Source of the DNA: Nitrospirota bacterium
Lineage (GTDB): Bacteria > Nitrospirota > Thermodesulfovibrionia > Thermodesulfovibrionales > UBA9159
Length of the DNA stretch: 64,000 nt
NCBI GenBank assembly: GCA_963699545.1
Contig: CAVOUE010000006.1
Location: forward strand, 288,001 to 352,000
Reading direction: 5' to 3'
The notes beneath the pieces are model-generated. The model did no database searches, was not told the origin of the DNA, and saw only the letters and a program-made list of their open reading frames with translations. Each line of letters opens with the position of its first letter. Position 1 is the first letter of the stretch. Position numbers and translations under genes: made by a program. Below, in pieces: positions 8,895 through 17,217 of this stretch.

Positions 8895-9093
8895 GCCGCT
8901 TTTCCAGTTCCTTTGTGTTCAGATATTTTGCGTTCTTATCGTTCAGCCGATCGAGAGCAAGATACGCATCTTCGTATTCTTCAAGGTACTCACTAAGCGC
9001 CTCCCTCATATAGTAGCTTTTCGGCCTCCTGGTCTTTTCTGAGAGCCTATTAAGCCTGCTCTCTAAATCAACAGGCAGTTTCAGGGTTAACAT
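8884..9093 (-). CDS. RHH (RelB/CopG-like) antitoxin
   Basis: LTLKLP..LESRLNRLSEKTRRPKSYYMREAL; overlaps toxin start; GGAGG RBS. Confidence 0.88.
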   Translation of the reverse strand: MLTLKLPVDLESRLNRLSEKTRRPKSYYMREALSEYLEEYEDAYLALDRLNDKNAKYLNTKELEKRLGL

Positions 9094-9114
9094 GACACCT
9101 CCTACTTATGTATT

Positions 9115-9138
9115 ACTGTTATTACCTATAATAACAGT
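9115..9138. promoter_or_regulatory. Probable TA autoregulatory operator
   Basis: ACTGTTATTA-ccta-TAATAACAGT perfect inverted repeat upstream of the antitoxin. Confidence 0.6.
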
Positions 9139-9273
9139 TGAACAGAAGAAAGTCCACAGGGGCCTACTTGCATGGCAAGAAGAAGCTATTCATGTAAACT
9201 TACTAATCCGCACCCTTCGTGACTTCCACTCGAAGCTAGACTTCAGGAAGAACATACTACAATTTCAGAACGT

Positions 9274-10005
9274 TTACGAACCTGAACGCAGAGATTCCTG
9301 GCCATCCCTCCAGCGTATCCACTTCAGTGAACTTCTGCGGATGAGTTCAGGCCATATCTGTGAAGGTTCCTTTTCGAAGATGGTCTCTGCATCTGCGTTC
9401 ATGACATGCCAGCCTCCCAGGGCCACCTCCCGGTCCAGCTGCCGGGGCGACCATCCTGCATAGCCTGCAAATACATGGAATCCCCTTCCGCTCTCTCCCT
9501 TGTCGACCATCCGCCGAAGGAGCTTCGCGCTTCCGCTGACATAGATATCCTTAAACACGTGGCCGGAATCTTCGGGCTTTTGAGCAGATCGAACGAGCAT
9601 GAGCATCTGATCGGTCCTGACCGGACCTCCGAAGTAGAGGGGGTCCATCCGCTTCTTCAGTCCCTCCATATCCGGAAACGCCCTTGACAGCCTGGCATCA
9701 GAAGGACGATTGATCACCAGCCCGACGGCGCCCTGGTCGCTATATTCCACCAGGAATATAACTGTCTCCAGGAACCTCGGGTCCTTCATTTCCCTCCCCG
9801 CAACAAGAAACTTCCCTCTGGAGAGGTTCGCATCCGGCTCGGGGAGAAAAGGCGAAACAGGCTCGACAGGTATTCTGGCCGCAAGAAGCCTGGTATCGCC
9901 GGGAAGAACTGGCCCGGCTGTCATCGCAAGAAGTGTGATGAGAAGTGTCGCGGTCAGCAGGAAGACAGCAGGACAAGAAAAGACCGGGTGTTCCGATTTG
10001 TTCAT
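9274..10005 (-). CDS. YqgE/AlgH (DUF179) family protein with N-terminal signal-like segment
   Basis: GKFLVA..MKDPRF.ETV, GAVGLVINRP, YFGGPV, FAGYAGWSPRQLDREV..GGW. Confidence 0.88.
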   Translation of the reverse strand: MNKSEHPVFSCPAVFLLTATLLITLLAMTAGPVLPGDTRLLAARIPVEPVSPFLPEPDANLSRGKFLVAGREMKDPRFLETVIFLVEYSDQGAVGLVINRPSDARLSRAFPDMEGLKKRMDPLYFGGPVRTDQMLMLVRSAQKPEDSGHVFKDIYVSGSAKLLRRMVDKGESGRGFHVFAGYAGWSPRQLDREVALGGWHVMNADAETIFEKEPSQIWPELIRRSSLKWIRWRDGQESLRSGS

Positions 10006-10327
10006 TTGATGGCGCTTTCAGTGGACATTCTCACAGGAGTACCGTGACGAAATAAAAGAAGGTGGCTCTCGCTTTTTTCTTCTTTGCCCGTTATCTCTCC
10101 GAGACTAATCGTCTCACGACTGAATTTCTTACAGCTCATGCCGCACGAGATACGGAACAAAGAGAGCAAGACCACCACCTTTACCGCCTCTCTTCTTGAT
10201 TTCAGCGTACTCCTTTTCATGGTGGCTGTCAAGCATTAATTTCGATCCCGGTGAGTGAGGGGATGAGCACAATGAGCACAAGATGACAGGTGCACTAACC
10301 GCCGAAAAGAGTATAATGAGATCAGCC

Positions 10328-10480
10328 ATGTGGACAATCTTTCTCCTCATCGTTCTCACCGTGGTATTCGGGATAGCGGCATGGCTCTTCTTCCTGTGGG
10401 CGGTGAAGAGCGGCCAGTACGATGACCCCGAGAGGCCGAAGCACCGGATGCTGGATGACGAAGACAGCGGAAAGAAGTAA
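10328..10480 (+). CDS. ccoS: cbb3 oxidase assembly protein CcoS
   Basis: FFLWAVKSGQYDDPE signature. Confidence 0.9.
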   Translation: MWTIFLLIVLTVVFGIAAWLFFLWAVKSGQYDDPERPKHRMLDDEDSGKK

Positions 10481-10527
10481 GCCGTTCATTGAAAAAAAAG
10501 CCTCTGTGCTTTAAACTAAATCTCACC

Positions 10528-11736
10528 ATGCAGAAACTGATAACGCCGCTGATACAGAAAAATAATTCAAGGATCGTCCTTGTTGTACTGGATGGGTTGG
10601 GCGGTCTTCCTCTGAACGGCAGGACGGAGCTCGAGACTGCCAGGACGCCGAATCTCGATGCCCTTGCAGCCCGTTCAGCATGCGGACTCCATGTCCCTGT
10701 GGCCTACGGGATAACGCCGGGAAGCGGTCCGGGACACCTCGGCCTCTTCGGATACGACCCCGTGGAATGCCGGATCGGAAGAGGGGTGCTGGAGGCCCTT
10801 GGTCTCGGCCTTGAGGTGAAAAGAACGGATATTGCGGTAAGGGGTAACTACGCCTCCATGAGAGATGGAGTGATCACCGACAGGAGAGCGGGGAGGATCC
10901 CGACGGAGCAGAGCAAGAGACTCACCGAAAAACTCCAGAGGGAAATACCACGAATTGACGATGCGGAGTTCATCTTTGCCCCTGGCATGGAGCACAGGTT
11001 TGCTGTGGTGATGAGGTTCCCTCAGCCCCTCACACCGGAAGCAGCAATGATCAGCGATACCGATCCCCAGAAAGAGGGAAAGCCTCCGCTCGATGCACTG
11101 GCCCTCTCCAGGGATGCAGAGGCAGCGGCAGGGGTTGCCTGCCGTTTCGTGGGTGAGGCGCAGAAGGTGCTGAGAAACGAGGCCAAGGCAAATCACCTCT
11201 TGCTGAGGGGGTTTTCAGGCATGCCCCATGTCCCGACCTTCGAAGAGGCCTTTGGACTCAACGCCGTTGCCATCGCTACGTATCCCATGTACAGGGGTCT
11301 TGCAAAGATCGTGGGGATGGATACGCCTGCCCTTGAGGGAAGCGTTGAAGATGAAATACGGTTCCTGAAAAAGAACTTCGGCGAATATGACTTTTTCTTC
11401 CTGCACGTAAAAAAGGTTGACTCCTATGGCGAAGACGGCAATTTCCCGGGGAAGGCTGCGCGGATCGAGGAATTTGATGCACTCCTGCCGGAGATACTCT
11501 CCTTGAACCCTGACGTCCTGGTCATCACCGGGGACCATTCGACCCCTTCAGTCATGAAGGGCCACAGCTGGCACCCTGTGCCCCTGCTCCTGAGTTCCCC
11601 CTACGTCCTCGGGGGGTTATGCGCCTCGTTCTCGGAGAGGGAATGCGTGCGGGGCGAACTGGGCATCTTCCCTGCCGTGAACATCCTCCCCCTTGCCCTC
11701 GCCAATGCAGGAAGACTGAAAAAGTTCGGCGCATGA
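10528..11736 (+). CDS. apgM: 2,3-BPG-independent phosphoglycerate mutase, archaeal type
   Basis: VLDGLGG, TPNLD, PGSGPGHLGLFGYDP, GRGVLEALG, TGDHSTP. Confidence 0.92.
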   Translation: MQKLITPLIQKNNSRIVLVVLDGLGGLPLNGRTELETARTPNLDALAARSACGLHVPVAYGITPGSGPGHLGLFGYDPVECRIGRGVLEALGLGLEVKRTDIAVRGNYASMRDGVITDRRAGRIPTEQSKRLTEKLQREIPRIDDAEFIFAPGMEHRFAVVMRFPQPLTPEAAMISDTDPQKEGKPPLDALALSRDAEAAAGVACRFVGEAQKVLRNEAKANHLLLRGFSGMPHVPTFEEAFGLNAVAIATYPMYRGLAKIVGMDTPALEGSVEDEIRFLKKNFGEYDFFFLHVKKVDSYGEDGNFPGKAARIEEFDALLPEILSLNPDVLVITGDHSTPSVMKGHSWHPVPLLLSSPYVLGGLCASFSERECVRGELGIFPAVNILPLALANAGRLKKFGA

Positions 11737-13181
11737 TCGATACCCACTGTCATCTCGATATGTTCCCCTGCGATGCTGAACCTTCAGAAAAAGGAGCTGG
11801 ATTGACGGGAGACGGCAGGGAGGCTGTCATCCGCAGGGCATCAGAGGCGGGTCTCGAAGCCATCATAACGATAGGGTCTGACTTTCAGAGCAATCTTACC
11901 AATAATGCGATCACAGATGAGTATGAAATGGTATACGCTTCAGTCGGTATCCATCCTCACGATGCGAAAGATTTTACTGACGATGTGTACAAGCAGTTGA
12001 AAGAATGGGCAACGCCACGGATCACGCCTTCACCCCCCCATCCCCCCCTTATCAAGGGGGGGCAACGGGGGGGTAAGATTGTCGCAATCGGAGAGACCGG
12101 CCTGGATTACTATTATAATCATTCGCCCCGGGATACACAGAGGGAGGTCTTCAGAAAGCACCTTGAACTTGCGGGAAAGACCGGGCTTCCCGCCGTTATC
12201 CACAGCCGTGACGCAAAGGAGGATACGCTGGAGATATTGGGGGAATCAGGCATCGCAAAAGGAGTTCTGCACTGTTTCTCCGGGGACATGGATATGGCGG
12301 AGAGGGTCATGGAGATGGGACTCTACATTTCCTTTGCCGGGCCCGTCACCTTTAAGAACGCAGGAAAACTCTCCGAGATAGCGAAGGAAATACCCGACGA
12401 CTACCTTCTCATCGAGACGGACGCCCCCTACCTTGCGCCTGAGCCGATGAGAGGGAGAAGAAATGAGCCGTCCTATATCATTCACACGGTGAAGCGTCTC
12501 GCTGAGTTAAGGGGAGTGAGCGGGGAGGATATCGTGAGAATCACGACCCTCAATGCTCGCAGGCTCTTCGGGATAGGCGGGCTGCCTTCGCAAGGGGAGA
12601 TCGCATACAGGATCAGGGACAGCCTCTATCTGAATATCACGAACCGGTGCACGAACAGATGCTCCTTCTGTGTGAGATTCCATTCCGATTATGTCAAGGG
12701 ACATAACCTCAGGCTTCCTGAGGAACCGACGGAAGAAGTATTAAAAAGAGCTATCGGCGATCCGACCCGCTATCGGGAGGTCGTGTTCTGCGGATACGGC
12801 GAACCCCTCCTGAGGCTTGAAACCGTCAGGAATCTTTCCCGATGGATAAAGGAAATGGGTGGCTTCGTACGGATCAACACGAACGGTCACGGGAACCTGA
12901 TCCACGGACGGAACATCCTTCCGGAACTCGAGGGTATCGTGGATTCCGTCTCTGTGAGTCTCGATGCCCATGATGAGGAGTCATATAACAGGATCTGTGC
13001 TCCGGCATTCGAGAACGCATTCCGGGAAGTCGTTTCATTCATCAGGGACGCGAAGGCATGTATCCCCCACGTTCAGGCCACCGTGGTAGAAGTGGAAGGT
13101 GTGGATCTGGAGAGATGCAGAAAGATAACGGACGAGCTGGGAGTGACGCTCAGGGTACGGAAGCTGGATGTTGTTGGGTAG
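11733..13181 (+). CDS. tatD: TatD hydrolase fused to TatD-associated radical SAM domain
   Basis: DTHCHL, GIHPH, IGETGLDY, HSRDA, HCFSG, ETDAPYL; then YLNITNRCTNRCSFC, FCGYGEP, RINTNG. Confidence 0.9.
   Translation: MIDTHCHLDMFPCDAEPSEKGAGLTGDGREAVIRRASEAGLEAIITIGSDFQSNLTNNAITDEYEMVYASVGIHPHDAKDFTDDVYKQLKEWATPRITPSPPHPPLIKGGQRGGKIVAIGETGLDYYYNHSPRDTQREVFRKHLELAGKTGLPAVIHSRDAKEDTLEILGESGIAKGVLHCFSGDMDMAERVMEMGLYISFAGPVTFKNAGKLSEIAKEIPDDYLLIETDAPYLAPEPMRGRRNEPSYIIHTVKRLAELRGVSGEDIVRITTLNARRLFGIGGLPSQGEIAYRIRDSLYLNITNRCTNRCSFCVRFHSDYVKGHNLRLPEEPTEEVLKRAIGDPTRYREVVFCGYGEPLLRLETVRNLSRWIKEMGGFVRINTNGHGNLIHGRNILPELEGIVDSVSVSLDAHDEESYNRICAPAFENAFREVVSFIRDAKACIPHVQATVVEVEGVDLERCRKITDELGVTLRVRKLDVVG
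12030..12073 (+). repeat. In-frame palindromic element (SPPHPPLIKGGQRGG)
   Basis: CCCCCCCTTATCAAGGGGGGG hairpin; related to 1595-1634. Confidence 0.75.
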
Positions 13182-13254
13182 CCCGCCGCGGGATGGTCAG
13201 CGTATCCTGTTCATCCATAAGAACGGCCTTGCTCATTCCTCTCGTCCCGGACAG

Positions 13255-14529
13255 TCACATGCCACGCAATGCAGAGGAAAGAAACTCTTCTATCCCCGCG
13301 ATATCAACCTCTCCCTGGGAGCCGTCCCTGAGATTTTTCCATTTCACCCTGCCCGAAGAGAGTTCATCATCACCAAGAATCAGGACATAACGGGATGACA
13401 GCCTGTCCGCCTTGCGGAGCTGACTCCTCAGGGAAGACCCGTCATAGCCGGCCTCGGCGCATATCCCCCTTGCCCGCAATCTCCCGGCCATAAGAAAGGA
13501 CTCTCTTGTCGCCTTTTCACCTATGGGGGCGATATAGACATCGGGAAATGCCTCTGCGACACCCTCCTTGTCCCTGATGAGCGTCGTCAGCCTCTCCATT
13601 CCAATGGCGAACCCGATGCCGGGAGTGGGAGGTCCGCCGAATTCCTCCACCAGTTTGTCGTATCTCCCACCGGCAGCCACCGCCTTCTGCGCTCCAAGGT
13701 GTTCACTGGTGACCTCAAAGGTGGTCCTCATGTAGTAATCGAGACCCCTCACCATGTCGGGATTCAGCACGTAGGGAATATTGAAACGGGTGAGCGAAGA
13801 AAGGACCTCATCGAAGTGGACCCTGCAGTCGCCGCAGAGAAAGCCGGTCACACGGGGCGCTCCCTTCCGGACTTCAATACACCGTTCCACCTTGCAATCC
13901 AGTATCCGCAAGGGATTTTGCTCGTATCTCCTTTTGCAATCCGGGCAGAGGTCACCAAGTCTTGACGAGAAAAAAACCTGCAAGGCGTTCCTGTAGGCCG
14001 GCCTGCACTTCTCACAGCCGATGGAGTTTACCTCAAAGCTCACCCCTTTCAGTCCCAGCCTCTCCAGAAGGACCTTGAGCATCACGATAACCTCTGCATC
14101 GAGAAGGGGAGAAGCCATACCGAATGCCTCGACGCCTATCTGGTGGAACTGCCGGAACCGTCCCTTCTGCGGCCTCTCATACCTGAACATCGGACCGGAA
14201 TAGAAGAACCTCTGGGGAGCAGGGAGGTTGTAAAGATGGTGCTCTACATAAGCCCTCACCACAGAAGCGGTCCCTTCGGGCCTCAGGGTAATGCTCCTGC
14301 CCGCCTTGTCAGGGAAGGTGTACATCTCCTTCTCGACGATATCGGTTGTCTCCCCGATGCTTCTGGTAAAGAGGGTCGTGGGCTCTATGATCGGGGGCCT
14401 GATCTCCTGAAATCCATAGAGGGCGAAGACATCACGGGCTGCCGCTTCAACCTTCTGCCACAGGGAACTATCAGGGGGAAGGATGTCCTGGACGCCTTTG
14501 AGGGCACTGAACCGGGGGGAAGAACTCAC
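13255..14529 (-). CDS. hisS: Histidyl-tRNA synthetase
   Basis: LRPEGTA, FRYERPQKGRFRQFHQ, RGLDYY, GGRYD. Confidence 0.97.
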   Translation of the reverse strand: MSSSPRFSALKGVQDILPPDSSLWQKVEAAARDVFALYGFQEIRPPIIEPTTLFTRSIGETTDIVEKEMYTFPDKAGRSITLRPEGTASVVRAYVEHHLYNLPAPQRFFYSGPMFRYERPQKGRFRQFHQIGVEAFGMASPLLDAEVIVMLKVLLERLGLKGVSFEVNSIGCEKCRPAYRNALQVFFSSRLGDLCPDCKRRYEQNPLRILDCKVERCIEVRKGAPRVTGFLCGDCRVHFDEVLSSLTRFNIPYVLNPDMVRGLDYYMRTTFEVTSEHLGAQKAVAAGGRYDKLVEEFGGPPTPGIGFAIGMERLTTLIRDKEGVAEAFPDVYIAPIGEKATRESFLMAGRLRARGICAEAGYDGSSLRSQLRKADRLSSRYVLILGDDELSSGRVKWKNLRDGSQGEVDIAGIEEFLSSALRGM

Positions 14530-15005
14530 GCCGAGATACCGCCTGCCTCTTCCCCTTCGCGCTCTTTGTCAAACTCCAGCATCCGCGCGTGGCTCTCGAT
14601 GAGCCTCTTCAATTCTTCCTTGAAGTGCCTGCGGATCCCCTTAAGGTCAACGATATCCTCATGGATCTTCACCACCTTTTCCTGGGCCTCTTTCATTACG
14701 CCATCAGCCCTGATCTCAGCCTCCCTTATGAGAAGCTCCGCCTCCTTCCGCGAATTGGTCTTGTATTCTTCCACCATCTGCTGGGCTGTCATGAGGGTCT
14801 CACGGAGGGTCGTTTCCATGTCCCTGTATTCCTTTATCTGGTTCTCTGCACGGTGGATATGTTCCTTCAGAGTGGCGTTTTCCCTGAGAAAGTCCTCCAT
14901 CTCCTCCCTCACGACCTCCAGAAAGGCATAGACCTCCTCCACATCGAACCCCCTGAACTTCATGGGGAACTGCTTTTGCTGAATATCTAGCGGCGTGATC
15001 CTCAT
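14526..15005 (-). CDS. divIVA: DivIVA domain protein
   Basis: MRITPLDIQQKQF..KFRGFDVEEV plus coiled coil. Confidence 0.9.
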   Translation of the reverse strand: MRITPLDIQQKQFPMKFRGFDVEEVYAFLEVVREEMEDFLRENATLKEHIHRAENQIKEYRDMETTLRETLMTAQQMVEEYKTNSRKEAELLIREAEIRADGVMKEAQEKVVKIHEDIVDLKGIRRHFKEELKRLIESHARMLEFDKEREGEEAGGISA

Positions 15006-15006
15006 A

Positions 15007-15312
15007 TTAACCACCTCCCAATTTATACCCGAGTTTTATTAAAGACCGTACCATAAACATTTGAATGAATATAATAACAAGAATGACGATCATAGGGGAA
15101 ATATCGACAGGTCCCAGCCGGAAGCCGATGAGCCTCCTTATGGGTCTGAGCACAGGCTCCGTAACGGCATAGAGGAACCGCACTATGGGATTGTATGGGT
15201 CCGGACTGACCCAGCTTACAACGGCCGCGATGATGATAACCCAAAAATAGATATCAAGCACAACATTCAATATCTGTGCTATGGCCAGGACCAGATTGCC
15301 GAAAAGAAACAC
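15007..15312 (-). CDS. yggT: YggT family membrane protein
   Basis: SWVSPDPYNPIVRFL...TEPVLRPIRR...DISP. Confidence 0.92.
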   Translation of the reverse strand: MFLFGNLVLAIAQILNVVLDIYFWVIIIAAVVSWVSPDPYNPIVRFLYAVTEPVLRPIRRLIGFRLGPVDISPMIVILVIIFIQMFMVRSLIKLGYKLGGG

Positions 15313-16100
15313 TATTCCCTCCTCCCCAATTCCTCCGCCCTCCTGAGGGCAGCCAGCAGGGCGTCCCCCACGATACCCGTGAGACCCTTCGCCCCGAAGA
15401 CCTTTAATCCCGCCGCGGTGGTTCCCCCCGGCGAGGTCACCATCTCCCTCACCCTTTCAGGGGTCATGCCGGTTTCAAAGAGCCGTGCAGTGCCGATGAG
15501 GGTCTGCACAGCCAGCTCAGCGGAGTTGTTCCTGCTTAATCCCATGGTAACTCCGGCCTCTATCATGGCCTCCGCAAACAGCGCAACAAAGGCAGGCCCG
15601 CTTCCGGACAACGCCGTCACCGCATTCATATACTTTTCAGGCAGGACAAGGACCTTGCCCACCGACATGAATATCTCCCGCACCGCAAGGATGTCTCCCT
15701 CGGTAAAACATTCGCACAGGGACATCACGGCCATACCTTCCTGGACCAGGGCCGGTGTATTGGGCATCACCCTTACGAGCCGTCTCGTCTTCAACTTGGA
15801 CTGGAGATACGAGAGAGGAATCCCCGCGGCGATGGAGACCACGGTCTTCTCCTCGGTGATCACATCGGCGATCTCATCAAGAACTGCGGCCATATTCTGG
15901 GGCTTCACGGCGAGGACAATGATCTTGCCTGAGGATGCCACCGGCCTGTTCAGGGGGCTCGTCATTATCCTGTAGGACTGCTCAAGGTAGTTCCGCCTCT
16001 CCTCCCTCGGCTCGGAAACGATGATCTCCCTCATGCCGTGGGAAGTCATCCCCTTGATAAGCGCCTCTGCCATGTTGCCGCCACCGATGAAACCGATCAT
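15312..16100 (-). CDS. proC: Pyrroline-5-carboxylate reductase
   Basis: GFIGGGNMA, AVKPQ, RVMPNTP, SGSGPAF, TSPGGTT. Confidence 0.96.
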   Translation of the reverse strand: MIGFIGGGNMAEALIKGMTSHGMREIIVSEPREERRNYLEQSYRIMTSPLNRPVASSGKIIVLAVKPQNMAAVLDEIADVITEEKTVVSIAAGIPLSYLQSKLKTRRLVRVMPNTPALVQEGMAVMSLCECFTEGDILAVREIFMSVGKVLVLPEKYMNAVTALSGSGPAFVALFAEAMIEAGVTMGLSRNNSAELAVQTLIGTARLFETGMTPERVREMVTSPGGTTAAGLKVFGAKGLTGIVGDALLAALRRAEELGRRE

Positions 16101-16183
16101 CCGACCTCCTTACATACTGCTCTATTCTATCTAAAACCGTTCTCTTTTTCTATCAACCAATTTCCCAGTCGCCGAAAAGCAAA

Positions 16184-16243
16184 GGGGACTGTCCCAGATT
16201 TACGGACGGAGTGAAGCGAAGTCGTAGAATCGGGACTGTCCCC
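16184..16243. repeat. REP/REPIN-like doublet
   Basis: GGGGACTGTCCC...GGGACTGTCCCC with inner GATTTACG/CGTAGAATC pairing, intergenic. Confidence 0.7.
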
Positions 16244-16262
16244 AAAACTGTGCAGGTTCCCC

Positions 16263-16964
16263 TTATTTCCTCTCCCCGAATATCGCCGTGCCGACCCTCA
16301 CCATGGTCGCTCCTTCTTCAATGGCCACTTCAAAGTCGTTGGACATGCCCATGGATAATTCCGGCAGGGAGATACCGCGGTCCTGAGCGGCGTCCCTCAA
16401 TTCTCTCAATCCCTTGAAATAGCGGCGGGCCTCTTCGGGGTTCTCAGAGAAAGGCGGGATGGCCATCAGTCCGCGGAGGAGGAGATGCTTCAGAGACGCC
16501 ACTTCGGCCAGAACAGGCATGAGGTTGCGCTTATCGACCCCGTGCTTCGTTTCCTCCAAGGCGAGGTTGACCTCAACAAGCACGTGCTGCACCTTGCCGA
16601 TCTTTTCCGAAGATTTACTGATCTCGCGCGCGAGCTCGATGGAGTCTACGGAGTGTATGAGATCGAAGAGCTGAACAGCATGTTTTGCCTTATTCCTTTG
16701 AAGGTGACCTATCAGGTGCCACCCGATCTTGAGACTTGAGACCTGAGACTTGAGATGTGAGATCTTTTCCCTTGCTTCCTGGACCCTGTTTTCCCCGAAA
16801 ACCCGCAAGCCCGCATCGATGGCCTCTCTTATCTGCCCAACACCAACGGTTTTGGTCACCGCGATAAGCTTCACCTCTTCAGGATCCCTCCCTGCCCTCA
16901 TGGCGGCATGGGACATCCTTTTGTACACAGCGCTTATGTTCTCCAGGAGTGTGTGCGTGTTCAT
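16263..16964 (-). CDS. yggS: PLP homeostasis protein YggS
   Basis: LIAVTK, FGENRVQE, WHLIGHLQRNK, SMGMSNDF, VRVGTAIFG. Confidence 0.96.
   Translation of the reverse strand: MNTHTLLENISAVYKRMSHAAMRAGRDPEEVKLIAVTKTVGVGQIREAIDAGLRVFGENRVQEAREKISHLKSQVSSLKIGWHLIGHLQRNKAKHAVQLFDLIHSVDSIELAREISKSSEKIGKVQHVLVEVNLALEETKHGVDKRNLMPVLAEVASLKHLLLRGLMAIPPFSENPEEARRYFKGLRELRDAAQDRGISLPELSMGMSNDFEVAIEEGATMVRVGTAIFGERK
16729..16763. repeat. Five tandem heptamers in frame within yggS
   Basis: TTGAGAC TTGAGAC CTGAGAC TTGAGAT GTGAGAT encoding ISHLKSQVSSLK. Confidence 0.8.
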
Positions 16965-17217
16965 TTCATCATGATCTCATCATTCATGTACGTTGTTAAA
17001 CACCCTTGCAGCATCAAATGAGCAGGCATGTCATGTGAAAAAAAGTCTTAGCGACACCATAAAGTATTCGCAACCACATTTCAAATCTGCCGTAATCCCG
17101 ACTTTTATCGGGATTCAAACCACTTTGTTTTTCCCTGATAATGAGTCAAAATCTATTTACAAAATTGTCGCATTAAGACTTTATTGAATCAGGGCATACC
17201 TGCTCACCGCATCATCA

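Noticed and set aside
10002-10232. 76-aa ORF upstream of the YqgE gene
   Set aside because: No recognisable motif; cannot be supported, although its stop overlaps the next start.
16184-16763. CRISPR array
   Set aside because: Only two 12-bp units or short heptamers; no repeat-spacer series and no cas genes.
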